Source: Rhizaria sp. SCN 62-66 (taxonomy: Eukaryota). Taken from it: a stretch of DNA of 64,000 nt. The notes under the pieces are model-generated. The model was not told the origin of the DNA and ran no database searches. It was given only the letters and a program-made list of their open reading frames with translations. Positions 12,101 through 24,961 of the stretch are shown here, piece after piece. The first letter of the stretch is position 1; every line of letters begins with the position of its first letter. The position numbers were made by a program, and so were the translations under genes. Where the stretch lies: contig MEDY01000107.1 of the NCBI GenBank assembly GCA_001724265.1, positions 1 to 64,000 of the forward strand. Direction: 5' to 3'.

Positions 12101-15100
12101 CGACATCGAGATCGATGGCGGGAGCGCCACCGCTGACCCAGCTGGGCCAGGCGCAGTCCAGGGTTCCGCTGCCGCGGCTGACGCGGCTGTGATTACCGCT
12201 TTCATGGCTGAGGCTGCCGCCTCTCAGGCGAGATATGAGGTTGATACAACTCGAGATGGTACCGACGAGGACTCCACAAGACTTGAGGGCGAGACAGAGA
12301 GTGCAGAGACGGTGGAAAGCGCGCGGGCAGATTTATGGGCCCGCGTGCACGCGCGTGTTTCTGACGCCGCAGCTGCACGCACGGAGCGTCGCCATGAAAT
12401 CGCAACGCACTTAGGCTTCTACCGCGCCCTCATGCTCGCGCAAACTCTTGGCGACGCGCTCCCGCTTGCCCGCGTGCTGGGCCTTACCGTCTTCGACGAC
12501 AACGCCGACGCTGAAAGCATCGACCCTGCAGCGACGCCGGTGTTGGCGACGCTGCGCGCGATGTCTGCGCCCGCCGCTGCTCAGCGCGTGTTTGGCAGCA
12601 GCGTGCTCGCGCGCCCTCTGTGCCGCCGCCTGCGTCTGTGGAGTCCCGGCCACCGCGGCGCCGCCCGGCGCGCGGACGTCGCCGCCCTCGCCGCTGACGC
12701 TGCGCTTTCTGGTAGCGGCGCACAGTCGATCGCTGAGTTTGCAACAGAGCCCTGGGTCGATGAGTCGTTCCCGCCCGTCAAGGCCACGCTGCTGGGCAAG
12801 TTCTTCACGCCGGCCCCCGCCGCCATCATCGCACACGGCGCGCCTGCCGCAGCGCCCAGCCCCGCAGTCGCCGCGGGCCGTTTCGCAGCGGTGCCCCTGG
12901 ACGAGCCCTGGCGCCGCGCCTACAGCGCCGGTGTCCGCAGTGGCGGCGCGCCGCCGCCCCGGTACCCGCCGTGGGTGGTTGCCCCGACGCTTCCCTTCGC
13001 GCCGCCGCCGTCGGTGCGCTCGCTGGCGCACGCCCCGCCCGGTCTAGGCGCACTGCCGACGCACTGCCGCGTCGTGTGGCTGCGCCCCTGTGAGTACCTC
13101 GCGCTGCTGCCGCAGTCCGTCTTCCTCAAGGGCACGCCCGGCGTGGCGGCGGTGGACCAACGCGCGCAGTTTGCCGCCGTGGCCACCGCGCTCCAGCTGG
13201 GCCGTTTGCTCAAGGACTCTCAAGTCTCAGACGCCAGCGAGTCCGTCTCGGCGTCGCACATGGCGGCCGCGCTGCTGTTGAGCGCGCCCGTGCCCATGCT
13301 TCCGCCCGGCGCGCCTGCCTCGCTTGTGGGGCCCATCTCGGCGCGCTCGTTCTCTGCCGCGCAAGTCACCGCGGCGGCGACCGAGGCCGGTGTCCGGCTT
13401 GCAGCGCCGCAGCCCGGCGCGCTGCCGCGGGCGCACCTTGCGGCGCGTGCATGGCGCGCGGAGGACATTGTGCCGTCGCCTGCGGCGGCGTCGGGCGCTG
13501 TGGCCTCGGTCCTCGCGGCGCTATGCGCGCGGCAGGCTGAGACCGAGCGCCGTGCTGTGTTTGCACCGTGCTACCGCGCTATCGCGAACGACGACGGCGA
13601 TGGTCGCAGTAGTGGTGAGGACGACGAAGAGGAGGACCACGATATGCATCATAGCGTTGAGCGTGATGCTCATGACGAGACCGATGCGATCGAGGCGAGT
13701 CAAGTTGCCCAGATGCAGCAACGTCCTCGTCGTCGCGGCCGCAAAATGGGTTTGGCACGGCTGCCCGATGGTGCACCAGCGGCAATGGTGTCGCAACAAA
13801 TTGCTACAACGGCGCTGTTGCCTTCTGCACTCTGTGCCGGTGTTCCTGTTGCTGCTCATTTGCTTTCGCAATCCAACGACAACGTTGCTGACGCATCGAC
13901 ATCCAATGACGGCCGCACACGCCGCCTCCCGCGTCTGCTTCCCTGTTTGCTCTCTGAACACTCTGGAATGACTGTGAGCACGCTCGCTGGCGCCGCCGCA
14001 GCCGCACGCACAGTGCGACTTGCCGGTATCGAGCCCGCGCTCAGCGCCGCCGCGGACCGCACGCGCCGTCGCGGTGCGCTGGCCTCTGACCCGGCCGAGG
14101 CTGTCGCCCAGAGTTGCCTTGATCCCGCGGCCGCTGCTCTTGCCAGCGCGGCCGGCGCAGTCGCAGCCACCGCGCTCGCAGCCGCAGGCAGCGCGGACGC
14201 CGACGGTAGCTCTGATCTGCGCAACGTCGGCTGGCGCGGCTCCGGCGGCCTTGCTGCCGCGGCACTGCGCACGGTCATCGGCGCCGAGTCGCGCGTGCGC
14301 TCCGACGTCGCTGTGTGGAAGAGCGAAGTCGAGGCCGGACTGCGTGCCGCAGACGGTGACGCCGTGCCCGTGCCTGAGGGACTGTGGGCCGCCGCGTGGG
14401 AAGCGGCTGAGATGCTTGTGGACGCCGCACGTGAAGAGTTCCAGCGCGCGCTTACTGCGGCACACGTGTCGGCTGCCGCGGCAAAGATCGCCGAGACCAA
14501 GGCAGCCGCCGGCGGCGCCGACACCGCTGTTGCGGTCTCGACCGGAAAATCAGGAGCTGCGGGGCAGAGCAAGTCAGCGAAGAAGGCTGCGAAGAAGGCT
14601 GCCAACGCGACTGGCGCAGCGACTGCGACCGCAGCTGCTGCAGTCACCGCTGCCGAACAGATCGACATCCCTCCTGCGGGGGTGCGGCTGTTGGCGCGCG
14701 CGCTGACCGCACTGATCGTCGGCGACGGTGACTGTTCTGGAGTTGCCAATGACCTGGCTGCCACTGCACCGCCCGTACCGGCTCCAGCACCGCGCGCCGC
14801 CGCCCAGGCTGCTGCCCAGGCCGCGATGCTGGGTGGCGGGCTGGGTGGCGTTGTGGAGCAGCAACTGTACTTGCTGACGCGCGCGTTGGTGGACGAGAGC
14901 ATTTCGCTCGAGTGGCGTCAGCGGCGCGCGCTGCGGCTTGTCTATGCGGCCGCGGCACGTCTGCTACCGCTCACCCCTTCCGCAACTTCTACCACTGCCG
15001 CCTCTAGTGCTCGTGTTGCAGCTGCCTCCGCGTCGGCCGATGGAGGCGTCAGCGAAAGCGGCACTGAAGGTGCTGACGTTACAGGGCGCTACGTGCCCCC

Positions 15101-18100
15101 AGCGCCGCAATGGGTGAGTCCGCACGCCTTCGTGCTACAACCGATGCCGACGTCCGTGTGGCTGCCGCCCGCGCCCGACGCGCCGTCGACTGTGCCTGCG
15201 CCCGCCAGCGCCGTGCCCCCGCGCTGGGATGCGCCGCGCACGGCGACCATGTTCGGCTCCAGCGGGCTCATGCGCTCGCTGCCGCTGCGCCCCAGCGCAC
15301 TCGCGCGCGGCGTCCCGGCCGCGGCCGTGCTTCGTCGTCGCGGCTATGTGGCGGGCGCCTATGCGGCGTGTCCGTTGACTCCGCTTGGAGACGACATCAG
15401 GCATTGGATTTCAGACTCAGAGTCTGATGACGACGACGGCGGAAACCGTGACAACCGCACTGCGGCCGCGCGGTCTATGCCGACAGGACCCATCCCTTCA
15501 GTCGGACCTGGTACTGTGAACACCCACGCTTTGACTGTGCTGCGTGCTGAGTGGCGCCAATGGGCGCGTGCTGCGCGCGACACTGCGGCGACCTCTGGCG
15601 CGAGCGCGCGCGTGGCGCTGCCTCCTGCGCCGCCCACGCCGTTGCAGGTTGCGACGGGACTTGCGCTGCGCGAGGGCATTGTGCAGCGGTTCGTTCAAGA
15701 GGCTATTCATGCCGCTGCGGCCACGCTGCTGCCGCCGTCTGCGGGCCCCGCGGCGGCCGTGTTGCCCAGCTCGACTACCGCCGTCGCTGCCGAGGCCGCT
15801 ACAGCGGTCACGCTCGCAGCCGCCACCGCCGCCGCCGCGTCTTCATCGGCCTCGTGGTCGTCGTCGTCGTCTTCACAATCCGCGCGCCTCAACACTGGCG
15901 CGGGCGCGGTGACCGGGGCGGCGGTCGTCGCGGGCTCCGGCACGGGCGCGGTGTGCGTGCGGCTGTGGCGCGATGGCGCGCCCGTGGACGTGTGGGTCGA
16001 CGATCGCCTGCCGTTCCTCCAGACCGTCACCGAGGAGGAGGCGCTCTGGGCCGCGCGGGGGCCCGCCGCGGCCGCTAGGAGCGCCGCCGTGCAGCGCCGT
16101 GCGCGCAAGCGCGACCACAACGGCGGCGGCAACAACAGCAAACAGGCGCAGCGGCGCGCGCAGGCTGCGGCGGCTGCGGCTGCCGCGGACGGGCCGATTG
16201 TCCGCGACGCGCACGACGACAGCGACGACGACGGCGACGACGAAGCTGACCGCGCTCGCCGTGCCGACGCCGCGTTTGTTGCAGCCGGCACCGCCGCCGC
16301 TGCTGCCGCCGTGGCCGCTGGCAACCCGTTTACTTCGCTGCCGGCTGACGGCGCGGGGATCGCGGGCGCGGCGCACACCAGCGGCAGCGGCGGCTTCGAC
16401 TTCGGCGCCCGCGCGCGTGCGCTGTGGCCGTCGACGACCGAGACGCCCGCGCGCGAGCTGGATGCGCCGACAAGCCGGCTCAACGGCTTCGGCGCGGCGT
16501 GGGCCACAGTCACCGGTCTCGTGCCTGCGTTCACGCACGCGCGCGACCCGTGCGACGTGTGGCCCGCGTTGGTCGAGAAGGCGCTCGCCAAACTTTGGTC
16601 CAGCCACGACGCCACGGCCGCAGCCACCGCCGCGGGCGAGGCCGCTGCTGCAGCTGCCGCAGAGCAGGGTTTTTCGGCCGAGGAAGCCGCCGCGGCAGTG
16701 GCGGAGGCGCAGGCAAGTGTGACTGTGCATGGTGGTTACGACGTGCTCGAGGGCCTGTCTCCCCGTCCCGCGCTTGAGGCACTGTGCCGCTCCGCCCCGG
16801 GCACCGTTGCGCTCGACACCGCAGCCGCGCTGGCCGAGGCCCGCAGCGGCGGCAGCGGTGGCGCGGTCGCTACCACGACCAGCATGGACGAGGCCTGGCG
16901 CCTTGTGTCGCGCGTTGTTGGCGAGGCTGGCGCCATCGGAGGTGGCTCCACGGGCCCCGGCGGCGGCTCCGGCTCCGGCATTGCACTCGTGTACTCGGTT
17001 GATACTCAGACTGTGGCCACGCGCCAGCGCCAGATGCGTGCCGTGCCGCGCGGCAACGCGCACACTGAGCCCTTAACAGCGCCGGAGCCTGGCATTTCCG
17101 CCGCGGCTGTGCCCGTGCCGTTCCGCGTGTCTACTGCGTCGACGGCTAGCGAATCAGGCTTTGCGCTCGCCGCACCCACGCCCTTCATCGTGCTCGAGAC
17201 GGCCGTTTTCGCAGCGTCCGACGCCGACGCCGACGCGGACCTGCGCGGTGGCGTGCAGATCGCGGACGACGCCGCAGACACGGACGCCACTGCCGCCGCC
17301 CCCGGTGCCGGCGCGGCCGGTGCGAGCGGGGTTGACCAGCCGCAGCGGCTGCAGCGCATGGTGCGACTGCGGTCCGTGGGACAGCCCGTGCTGTGGCCTG
17401 GCGCAGTCACACAGAGCGCGGCGTCACACGGCCGCGGGCGCGCCTCTACTGTCGCAGCAACTGCACTTGCGCTTGCGAACAACCACGGCGCGGCGGCAGT
17501 CGCCGCCACTGCGGCCGCTGGCTCCGACGCTGCTGCTGGCCAAGCTGGCACCGGCTCTAGCGCTCAGGGTGCTGCATCGAGTGCAGGCGGGCAGACTAAC
17601 GCTGTGACAAGTGGTGCGGCTCTTAGCTCGCAGCTGTTGCCGTCGCAGTTGACTGCAGCCGCTGGCCTGTCCGTGGCGGGCGCCTTCTGGATGCCGTTCG
17701 AGGACTTCTTGTTGCACTTCAGCGACCTGCACTTCGTCACAGCGCCCTCGCAGCAACCGACGTGGTGCGTGCGCCGCGTGCACTCTGCCTGGCACCCGCT
17801 ACCGAGCCCGAACCCGGCGGACCCGCCTGTGGTCGGCTTTAGCTGGGACTTGACTGCTGCACCACAGATGCTGCTCACAGTGCCTTCCTCGCGCTCTCTG
17901 CGCTGCAACGCCGAGGCCCGTCTCTGCGTTGCAGGTGCCGCGCTTCTGCTTGCCGGCCTGCAGAACCCGTCCCCACGAGCCGCGCGCGCGCCTCAGCTGA
18001 CGTCCGCCTCCAATGGCGCTGGCAACAACGAGCGGTCGCTCGCAGCACTGCAGTCCGCCGTAGCTGCTGAGGGTGAGCTCGCCCAGTTGCTCCACAGCCT

Positions 18101-19094
18101 ATCGAGCCGCTCCGTCGTCTCCACTCTCTCGCGCAACGGCGCTTCCGGTGCTTTAGGCGACCGTGTGGGCAGCCGCGACGAGGCGTTGCTGCTCGCGTCG
18201 TTCAAGTCTTCGCTGCGGTCCGCGCGCACGTCGTCCGCGCAGCGCCTGCTTTGGTCCCGGTCGACGGCCGCCGGTGCGTCGCCGTCGCTCGAGGCACGCC
18301 TGCTCGCCGCCGCGGCCGCCGCCAGCGCTTTGGGCGCCGCTGAGCGCGCGCTCCGTGGCTTCCTGGGTGCCGCGCGCGCGACCGCGCTGCGCAGCGCTGT
18401 GACCGACACGCTCGCAGCCCGGCACGCCGCCGTGTCCGCGCTCGCTGCGCCGGCTTCTGTCACAGTCGCCGCCGCAGCGTCTGCGGCCACAGCCGCTGCG
18501 GTGTCCGCCGCAGCCAAGGCCCCGCTGCGCTCATCGGAGCGCGCTGCGACCAGCGCTATCGTGCGCGAGGACACCACCGCTGCGGCTGCGGCTGGCACAG
18601 GGATGGCGGGCGCGCGCGAGACCTGCGTGGTGCACGTGGAGCTGGAGCAGCAGGAGGACCCAGACGACCACTACCCCGCCATCACCGTCTTCCTCGTTGC
18701 GCCTGACGGCGTCGCGCGCCGCGTGCCGCTCGCCGCGGTCCGTCGCGGCCGCGTCGACGAGCCCGGGGCCGACGTGCCGCGTGACGAGGACGGGCTGCCA
18801 ACTCGCGCGGGCCACCGCCGCGCCGCCACGGTCGCGGACCTCGAGGCCGCAGTGCTGCCCGTGCCGCAGGGCTTTGTGCGCGCGCGCACCGTCGCTGGCA
18901 GCGTGCTGGTCGCGGCGGATGTCGAGTATACCGTCGTGCCGTGCATCTTAGCACCTGCAGCGACCTCGGGAACTTCACCGGCTCCGGTTCAGGAAGACGA
19001 AGATGGGCCGAAACCGGTGCCGCCCGTGCTGTTCCAGCTGCGGGTGGCGTGCCACATGGAGCTGGAGCTGCGCGAGCTTGCTGCTGGCGAGTGA
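3125..19094 (+). CDS. Giant multi-pass membrane calpain-like protein (DEK1/TML-calpain architecture: many TM helices, CysPc, C2-like domain), ~5,275 aa. One intron (3326-3466) and one apparent frameshift near 6527-6530.
   Basis: The N-terminal half has many hydrophobic segments. Calpain motifs follow in the correct order: WVDESFPP (~12753), VVWLRPCE (~13071), EDIV (~13461), VCVRLWRDGAPVDVWVDDRLP (~15950), WPALVEKALAKLW (~16560), GGYDVLEG (~16731), RMVRLR (~17356), FWMPFEDFLLHF (~17686), and C2L-type HVELEQ, YTVVPC and FQLRV (18630-19050). ORFs 3092-6730 and 6459-19094 join by a +1 shift. Stop is TGA. Confidence 0.8.
3326..3466 (+). other. Spliceosomal intron, 141 nt, phase 0, in-frame and stop-free
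   Basis: GTACGT donor, CCTAAC branch-like site near 3418, C/T-rich tract ending CCCCAG, lower GC than the flanks. Splicing gives RYFIHL|SHMWRMERYF. Confidence 0.75.
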
Positions 19095-19855
19095 TGGGCT
19101 TCATGATGCGTTTCCTGATGCACGTTCTAGAGTTAACGTGACTGGCAAAGACATTAATGTGAACATTTCACCGTGCGGTGAGACAAGATACCGGTCAGAT
19201 TATTTTCTACAGTGTTAGACACTCAATAATCTGTGGGTGTTTTGATGAATTGATTAGTTTCATTTACGATTACAAAGATTTGATTCCACAAACTGCAGTG
19301 TTTTTGATACTGCTGCAAAGGCGACTTTTGTTTATTTTTTCAAAGAGCCTTTTAGGCGTAAACTTTACATAGAATCCATAATAAATGTATATTATTCCTT
19401 TTTCTACATTATATATCAAGTAAGTTTTGTTAATACGTTTCTCGGTTGTCTTCATCTTATCGCGGCAAATGCATCAGAAGCACCGTCCCGGTTGGAGAGC
19501 TAAACCAGGAGGTGTTTGACCGGATCAATCCGACCGAAATGCACCCAGCCCGGTCGACGCGGCAAGTGGATCGAGGAGACGACGCGTGGGTTTGTATCGT
19601 CGGATTTTGCCAGATTTCATAACGATGTATTTTCCTGCTGGAACTTTATTTGGGCCCTTCTGATCTATTTGCTCATTTTTTCATGCGCTTTTTACCGTAG
19701 CAACTTGCGTTTAGCGCAGGGATTTGCTTCTTCTTTCGCCTTCTCTCCTTGGTTTCTGGAGACTTCCAACGACTGGTGAACGACACTCATCCTCGACAGT
19801 GCCTTGCTTCCCCTAAGCTCTCGTCCTTTTTGGGGAGTGGTTGGACTACGTCACT

Positions 19856-22795
19856 ATGTTGTCCCCTCCCCGCCGGCCTCCGTCGTCCATCCGACGACTC
19901 ACACCAATGCCTGGTAATCCAACCTCTCTCACTACCACAAGCCTCAGCCGAGCCCAGTCACGTTATGCGGACGACCTCCCGATCACCGCGCGCGGCACAG
20001 GTATGCGTACTGCGCGTCGCCCTGCAGGCGTCCCGCCTCTTGGGCCTGCTCTGAACACGACTTTCTTGACCTCTTCCGCTTCTGCCACCCTCCCAGCTGC
20101 TCATCTGCTCGCTCCGCCTGCAGCGGGCACAATCGCTGGATCTGTGGTCATCGCCCCGGCCGCTGGCATTCCCGTCGCTCCCGCACGCAACCATATGACC
20201 CACGCATTTTCATCTGGTCATTCCGCGCCTGTTACGTCGGCCCCCGTCCCGATTCCCCACGCTCCCGTGCCTACTCGCCTCGCCCCAGCTTCTACCAGCG
20301 GCATCCATGGTCAAGCTTCCCATGCTGTCGGCCCTACGGCCGCGTCTGCCGCGCCTGCGCCCGTGCCTGCGTCCACTCACAGCGCCCCACAGTCAGACTC
20401 CGGCCTGATGCCGTCCCCGCTGGTCGCTGTGCCGCTGCTTGCCTCTACCACGGTGACGGTAGACGCGACTGTGCACGAGCGCTACCTCATCCACGAGATG
20501 GTCGGCGAAGGCACCTACGGCGTCGTCTACCGCGCCCAGCATCGCGCCACAGGCACCCAGGTCGCCATCAAGATGCTGCGCCTGCAGTACCTCGAAGAGG
20601 GCGCGCCCGCGACGGCGGTGCGCGAGGCTGCGCTGCTCAAACAGTTAGCGCACTCGCACATCGTGTCCCTGCTCGACATCCTGCTCACGGACGACTCGCT
20701 CTGCCTCGTGTTCGAGTACATGGACGGCGACCTGCGCTCCTACCTTGACGCGTGCCCGCCCGGCGGCCTCGACCTGCTTACTACGCAATCGCTGCTGTTC
20801 CAGCTCCTGACTGCCGTCGAGCACTGCCACCGCCACCGTGTTCTGCACCGCGATATCAAGCCGCAGAACCTGCTCGTGTCGGCACAGGGCGACCTCAAGC
20901 TCGGCGACTTCGGCCTCGCGCGCTCTATCGCCGTGCCGTCCAACACGCTCACGGCCGACGTCGTCACGCTGTGGTACCGCGCGCCCGAGGTTCTGCTCGC
21001 CGCGCCGCTCTACGGACCCGCGCTCGACATATGGGCCGTGGGCTGCGTGCTGGCTGAGATGGCGCTGGGCGACCCCGTCTTCTGCGGCTCCGGCGTCGCG
21101 GACCAGCTCAACCACATCTTCGCGCTCACCGGCACGCCCACGGCCGCTGACTGGCCCGAGTTCACGTCGCTGCCGGGCTACTCGACGGCGTTCCCACCGT
21201 ACCCGCGCGCGCACTTCGCGTCCGTGTTCGCGTGCCTCGGCCCCGACGGCGCTGACTTGCTCGATCGCATGCTCGTCAGCGACCCCGCGCGTCGCATCAC
21301 GGCTCGCGACGCGCTCAAGCACCGCTTCTTCGACGGCTTGCGCCACGCCGCCGCCGCAGCCGCTTACGCTACGAGCAAGCTCTACGAAGCGACCGCGCGC
21401 GCCGCACCAGCGGTTGCCGAGTCCAAGTCCGACTCTACCTCGGACGCTACAAGTGACAACGCGAACTCCAACGCCCCGCATCTGTCGCCGACGCGGATGC
21501 TGCAGTCGCTCACGTCGCTGTTTGTCGCGTCCGGTGGCGTCAGCTCGGCGCTGCTCGTCACGGAGACTGCAGAGACCTCGCCGTCCATCGGCTCGGCATC
21601 CTTCGCTCACGGTAACAACAGCAATACTAGCGTGAGTCCAGCGACGGCTGACACTGCAAACGCTTGTGCCACGAACAGCACTGGTACTGGGTCCAACAAG
21701 TCCTCGCCGAGTGATGCAGCCCTCGCAGTCAGTGGCACGCAGTCCGTCAGCGACTCCGGCCGCGCGGGCAACGGCAGCCAGGCCCAAATGAGCTTGTATT
21801 TGAGCGCCGCCGACGACGACACGGACGCCAACTGCATGACTGCGACGGTTGCCGCGACCGCGCTCGCAGCGGCCAACGCTGCTGCGATGATGAAGCGCGT
21901 GTCGCCGACGTCGGGCATCGCACTGCCTCCGGACCCGCTGCCGTCCAACGGCCGCCTGTCCCCCCGCACGCCCGCGGCCCACTGCGCGCGCTGCGGCCGT
22001 GACCTCCCGTCGCTGGACGCACACATGCAGCAGGGCGGCTTTTACCCCTACGCCAACGGCAGCGTCGCGGGGCACGCCGCGTCGTGCTATTGCGGCGACG
22101 AGTCGGCGCAGTTGTCCTCGGCCCCCGCCACCACAGTGCCGGCCGCGACGACGGGCGACCTCTCCGGCCTGTCGGCGGGCCAGCTGTCCACGACGGTGTC
22201 CGGGATGCAGCAGCACGCGTCGCGCTCCGGCGCCACGTCCGTCGCAGGCAGCTACAGCTACGCCCCGTCGAGCCAGCACCACTGCGGCGGCTCGCCGGGC
22301 TTCGCGCCCTCGTCCGCGGTCACGATGCCGCCCGCGCTCACGCCCGCGGTGTGCCTCATTGGCGTCCCGGCGCGCGGGCCCGCGTCCGGCGCCGACAGCA
22401 ACAACTCTGGCACGCCGCGCTCTGCGCCGACGACCAACGTGCTCTTGCAGCACACCGCCGACGTCTCCACCGCTGCGTCCACCGGCGCGCTGCCGTCGAC
22501 CGCGAGCATGTCCGGCTCCGGCAGCAACTGCCACATGAGCCAGCTCTCCTCGCTTGGCAGCAGCTCGCAGGCCCACCCCGCGAGCCACGCGCCGAGTGCC
22601 GCGGCGTCCCAGTCTGCGGCGTCGCAGCGCGGACTTAAGCACACGCGCGAGAGCAGCCGCGGCAGTCTGTCGGCGGTGATGCACTCACGCGCCAGTCTCT
22701 CGGGCACGCTGCCGTCGACCGTCGTCGCCTCCACCGCCGGCTCCGCGGCCACCGCCTCCACGTTCTCGGGCGGCTCCTACGGCTACGGTCAGCAG

Positions 22796-22872
<77 letters not shown>

Positions 22873-24961
22873 CCCCTTGAGTAGCAGCAGCTCTAGCAGC
22901 TCCAGCAGCAGCAGTGCGAGCAATTTCGATGGAACCAGTGGCCGTGGCCTTCAGGGCCGTTCCAGCGGTGCCAGCGGTAGTGCCGCCGGCGGTATGATGA
23001 GCGCAAGCAGCCACTCCAGCTCCAGCTCCTCGTCGAGCAGCGGCAGCAGCTTCGGCTACACGACTGGCGTGCAGGCGTCCGTCGTCTGCCGCTGCGGCAG
23101 CTCTCTCTCTGCCATCCCCGGCGAGTGCCCCCGCTGCGCCGACGCCGCTGATGTCGCCGCAGCCAACATCCTTTCCGCGCGCGTGCGCCCGCGCGACACG
23201 TCGGCTTCGTTCTCGTCCACCGCGCGCGCTGCGCCGATGTCGCTCGCCGTCGCGGGCCTCACCGCCGGACTTGCCGCGAACGGTCTCGGCACCCCGATGA
23301 GCTTTAACAGCAACAACAGCAGCAACAACAACTCGAGCAGCGTTGGCGGTCTCCAGCTGAGCATGCCCGCCAGCACGATTGCGCCGTCCTCAGAGGTGTC
23401 TTCTGGTCCGTACTCTGTATCGCTGCCCGAGGCCGCCGGTCCGCTGTCGCCCACGCCCAACAACACCAACGTGAGCCCCGTCGCGCCGCACTTCGTCGTC
23501 CGCACCGCCACCACCGTCGTCGGCAACGCTAACGCTAGCGCAAACGCGAACGGCGGCAACGCATCCACCGCGGTGTCGTCTTCGAGCAAGCTGCACCCGT
23601 GCTCTTCCCCTGATCACACCATCTCTGCCACTGCCACTGCGACTGCCGCTGCGGGTCCGGCCGCCGGCGCGCGCCCCGCGGCCCTGACGGGCGTGGCGTC
23701 TGGCGGCGGCGCGGGCTTCCAGCTTGCCGGCGCGCCCTTGCCCGACGCCGCCGACGCGCACGCCGTCAGCAGCAAGCGCGCCGGGCCGCCGCGCGTGCTG
23801 GGCCGCACCATGTCGGACCCGCTGTCGCCACTAGAGTTGCTGCCGTCGCCGACCACGATCGCCACCACGGCCGCCGCGGCTGCCGCGGTCGCAGGCGCAG
23901 GGCCCGGCTGTGTTACGCCCGCATCGACGCTCCAGGCCACCGAGTCTGGTGTCACTGGCGCGAATGGTGCCACTGCGACCAAGTCTATCGGTGTGTTCAC
24001 CTTTGGCGCGCCGCTTCCGCCTACGCACCCCTCGGCTCCGACTGCGTCCATTGCCAATGATGCTGCGAAGCCTGCTGTGCCCGCTACTGTCGCTGATGCT
24101 TCTGCTGCTCCTGTTGCTGCCGTTACTGCGCCTTTGCGTCATCTGTGTGGGCCGTTTCCGTGGATCCGCATTCCGCTGCGCGCACTGCTCTCGCTCGCAC
24201 ACCGCGTCCTGCTGCGTCAGTTGCCCGTCAACACCGCCGGCGCGATGTCAGAGATGCCGATGCTCGGTCTCAGTCACCACGCTCTGCAGGCTGACGCGGC
24301 CGCAAGCGCTGGCTGCCCCGTCGCGCCGTCCGCGGTCGCCACCGTCGCTGGCGCCGCGCGCGCGGACCCTGTCAACGGCGCTCGCGCGACCGCGCTCACG
24401 GTGCTGACGCACGCCGTGGCGACAGTGATCGCGCTCGCGCTGTACCGCGGCCCGCCGCTCGTGACGCCGCTGCCGCTGCCCGAGCACGTGCCGCGGCGCC
24501 CGCGCTCGCGGCCTGCTTCACCGTGCGGCGACAGCACCGCGGACCACTCGATGTGGCAGCTGTCCCCACCGCGCTCGCGCGCCACCTCCTTAGCCATGGC
24601 ACCTGCGCCGGCCTCAGCCTCCATGGGCGACGTGTCCGGGCTGAGCGCCGCCGCCATGACCCCGGCCGTGGCTGTCGCTGCGCCGGCGACCCAGAGCCGC
24701 GGTGACGGCGCCGCGGAGGCGATGCCCGCGGGCGCCGTGGGGCGCATTGGCAGCATGTACGTGTTGCCCGGCGCGACCTACGCGGCCGCCGCTGCGCCGC
24801 GGCCGGGGTGTGCTGCGCTGCGCGTGCAGGGCGCCGTCGCGATGCGGCGCCGCGTGCGCTACGGTACCAGTCTCAAGCTGGGTTCCTCCGTCTCGCACGT
24901 GCTGGCTGCGGTCAAGCGTCTTGTTTTTGTCACCGAACGCGACCTTGATTGGCTCCTCTAA
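19856..24961 (+). CDS. Cyclin-dependent kinase (CDK1/2/5-related, PATAVRE helix) with long low-complexity N- and C-terminal extensions, 1,701 aa
   Basis: Motifs GEGTYGVVY, VAIK, EEGAPATAVRE (PSTAIRE equivalent), HRDIKPQNLL, DFGLAR, VVTLWYRAPE and DIWAVGC; kinase domain about 20480-21330. First ATG is 19856; stop is TAA. Confidence 0.93.
22790..22870 (+). repeat. CAG/CAA trinucleotide repeat encoding Q27 in the CDK tail
   Basis: 81 nt made only of CAG/CAA codons, followed by AGC/TCC poly-Ser runs. Confidence 0.95.
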
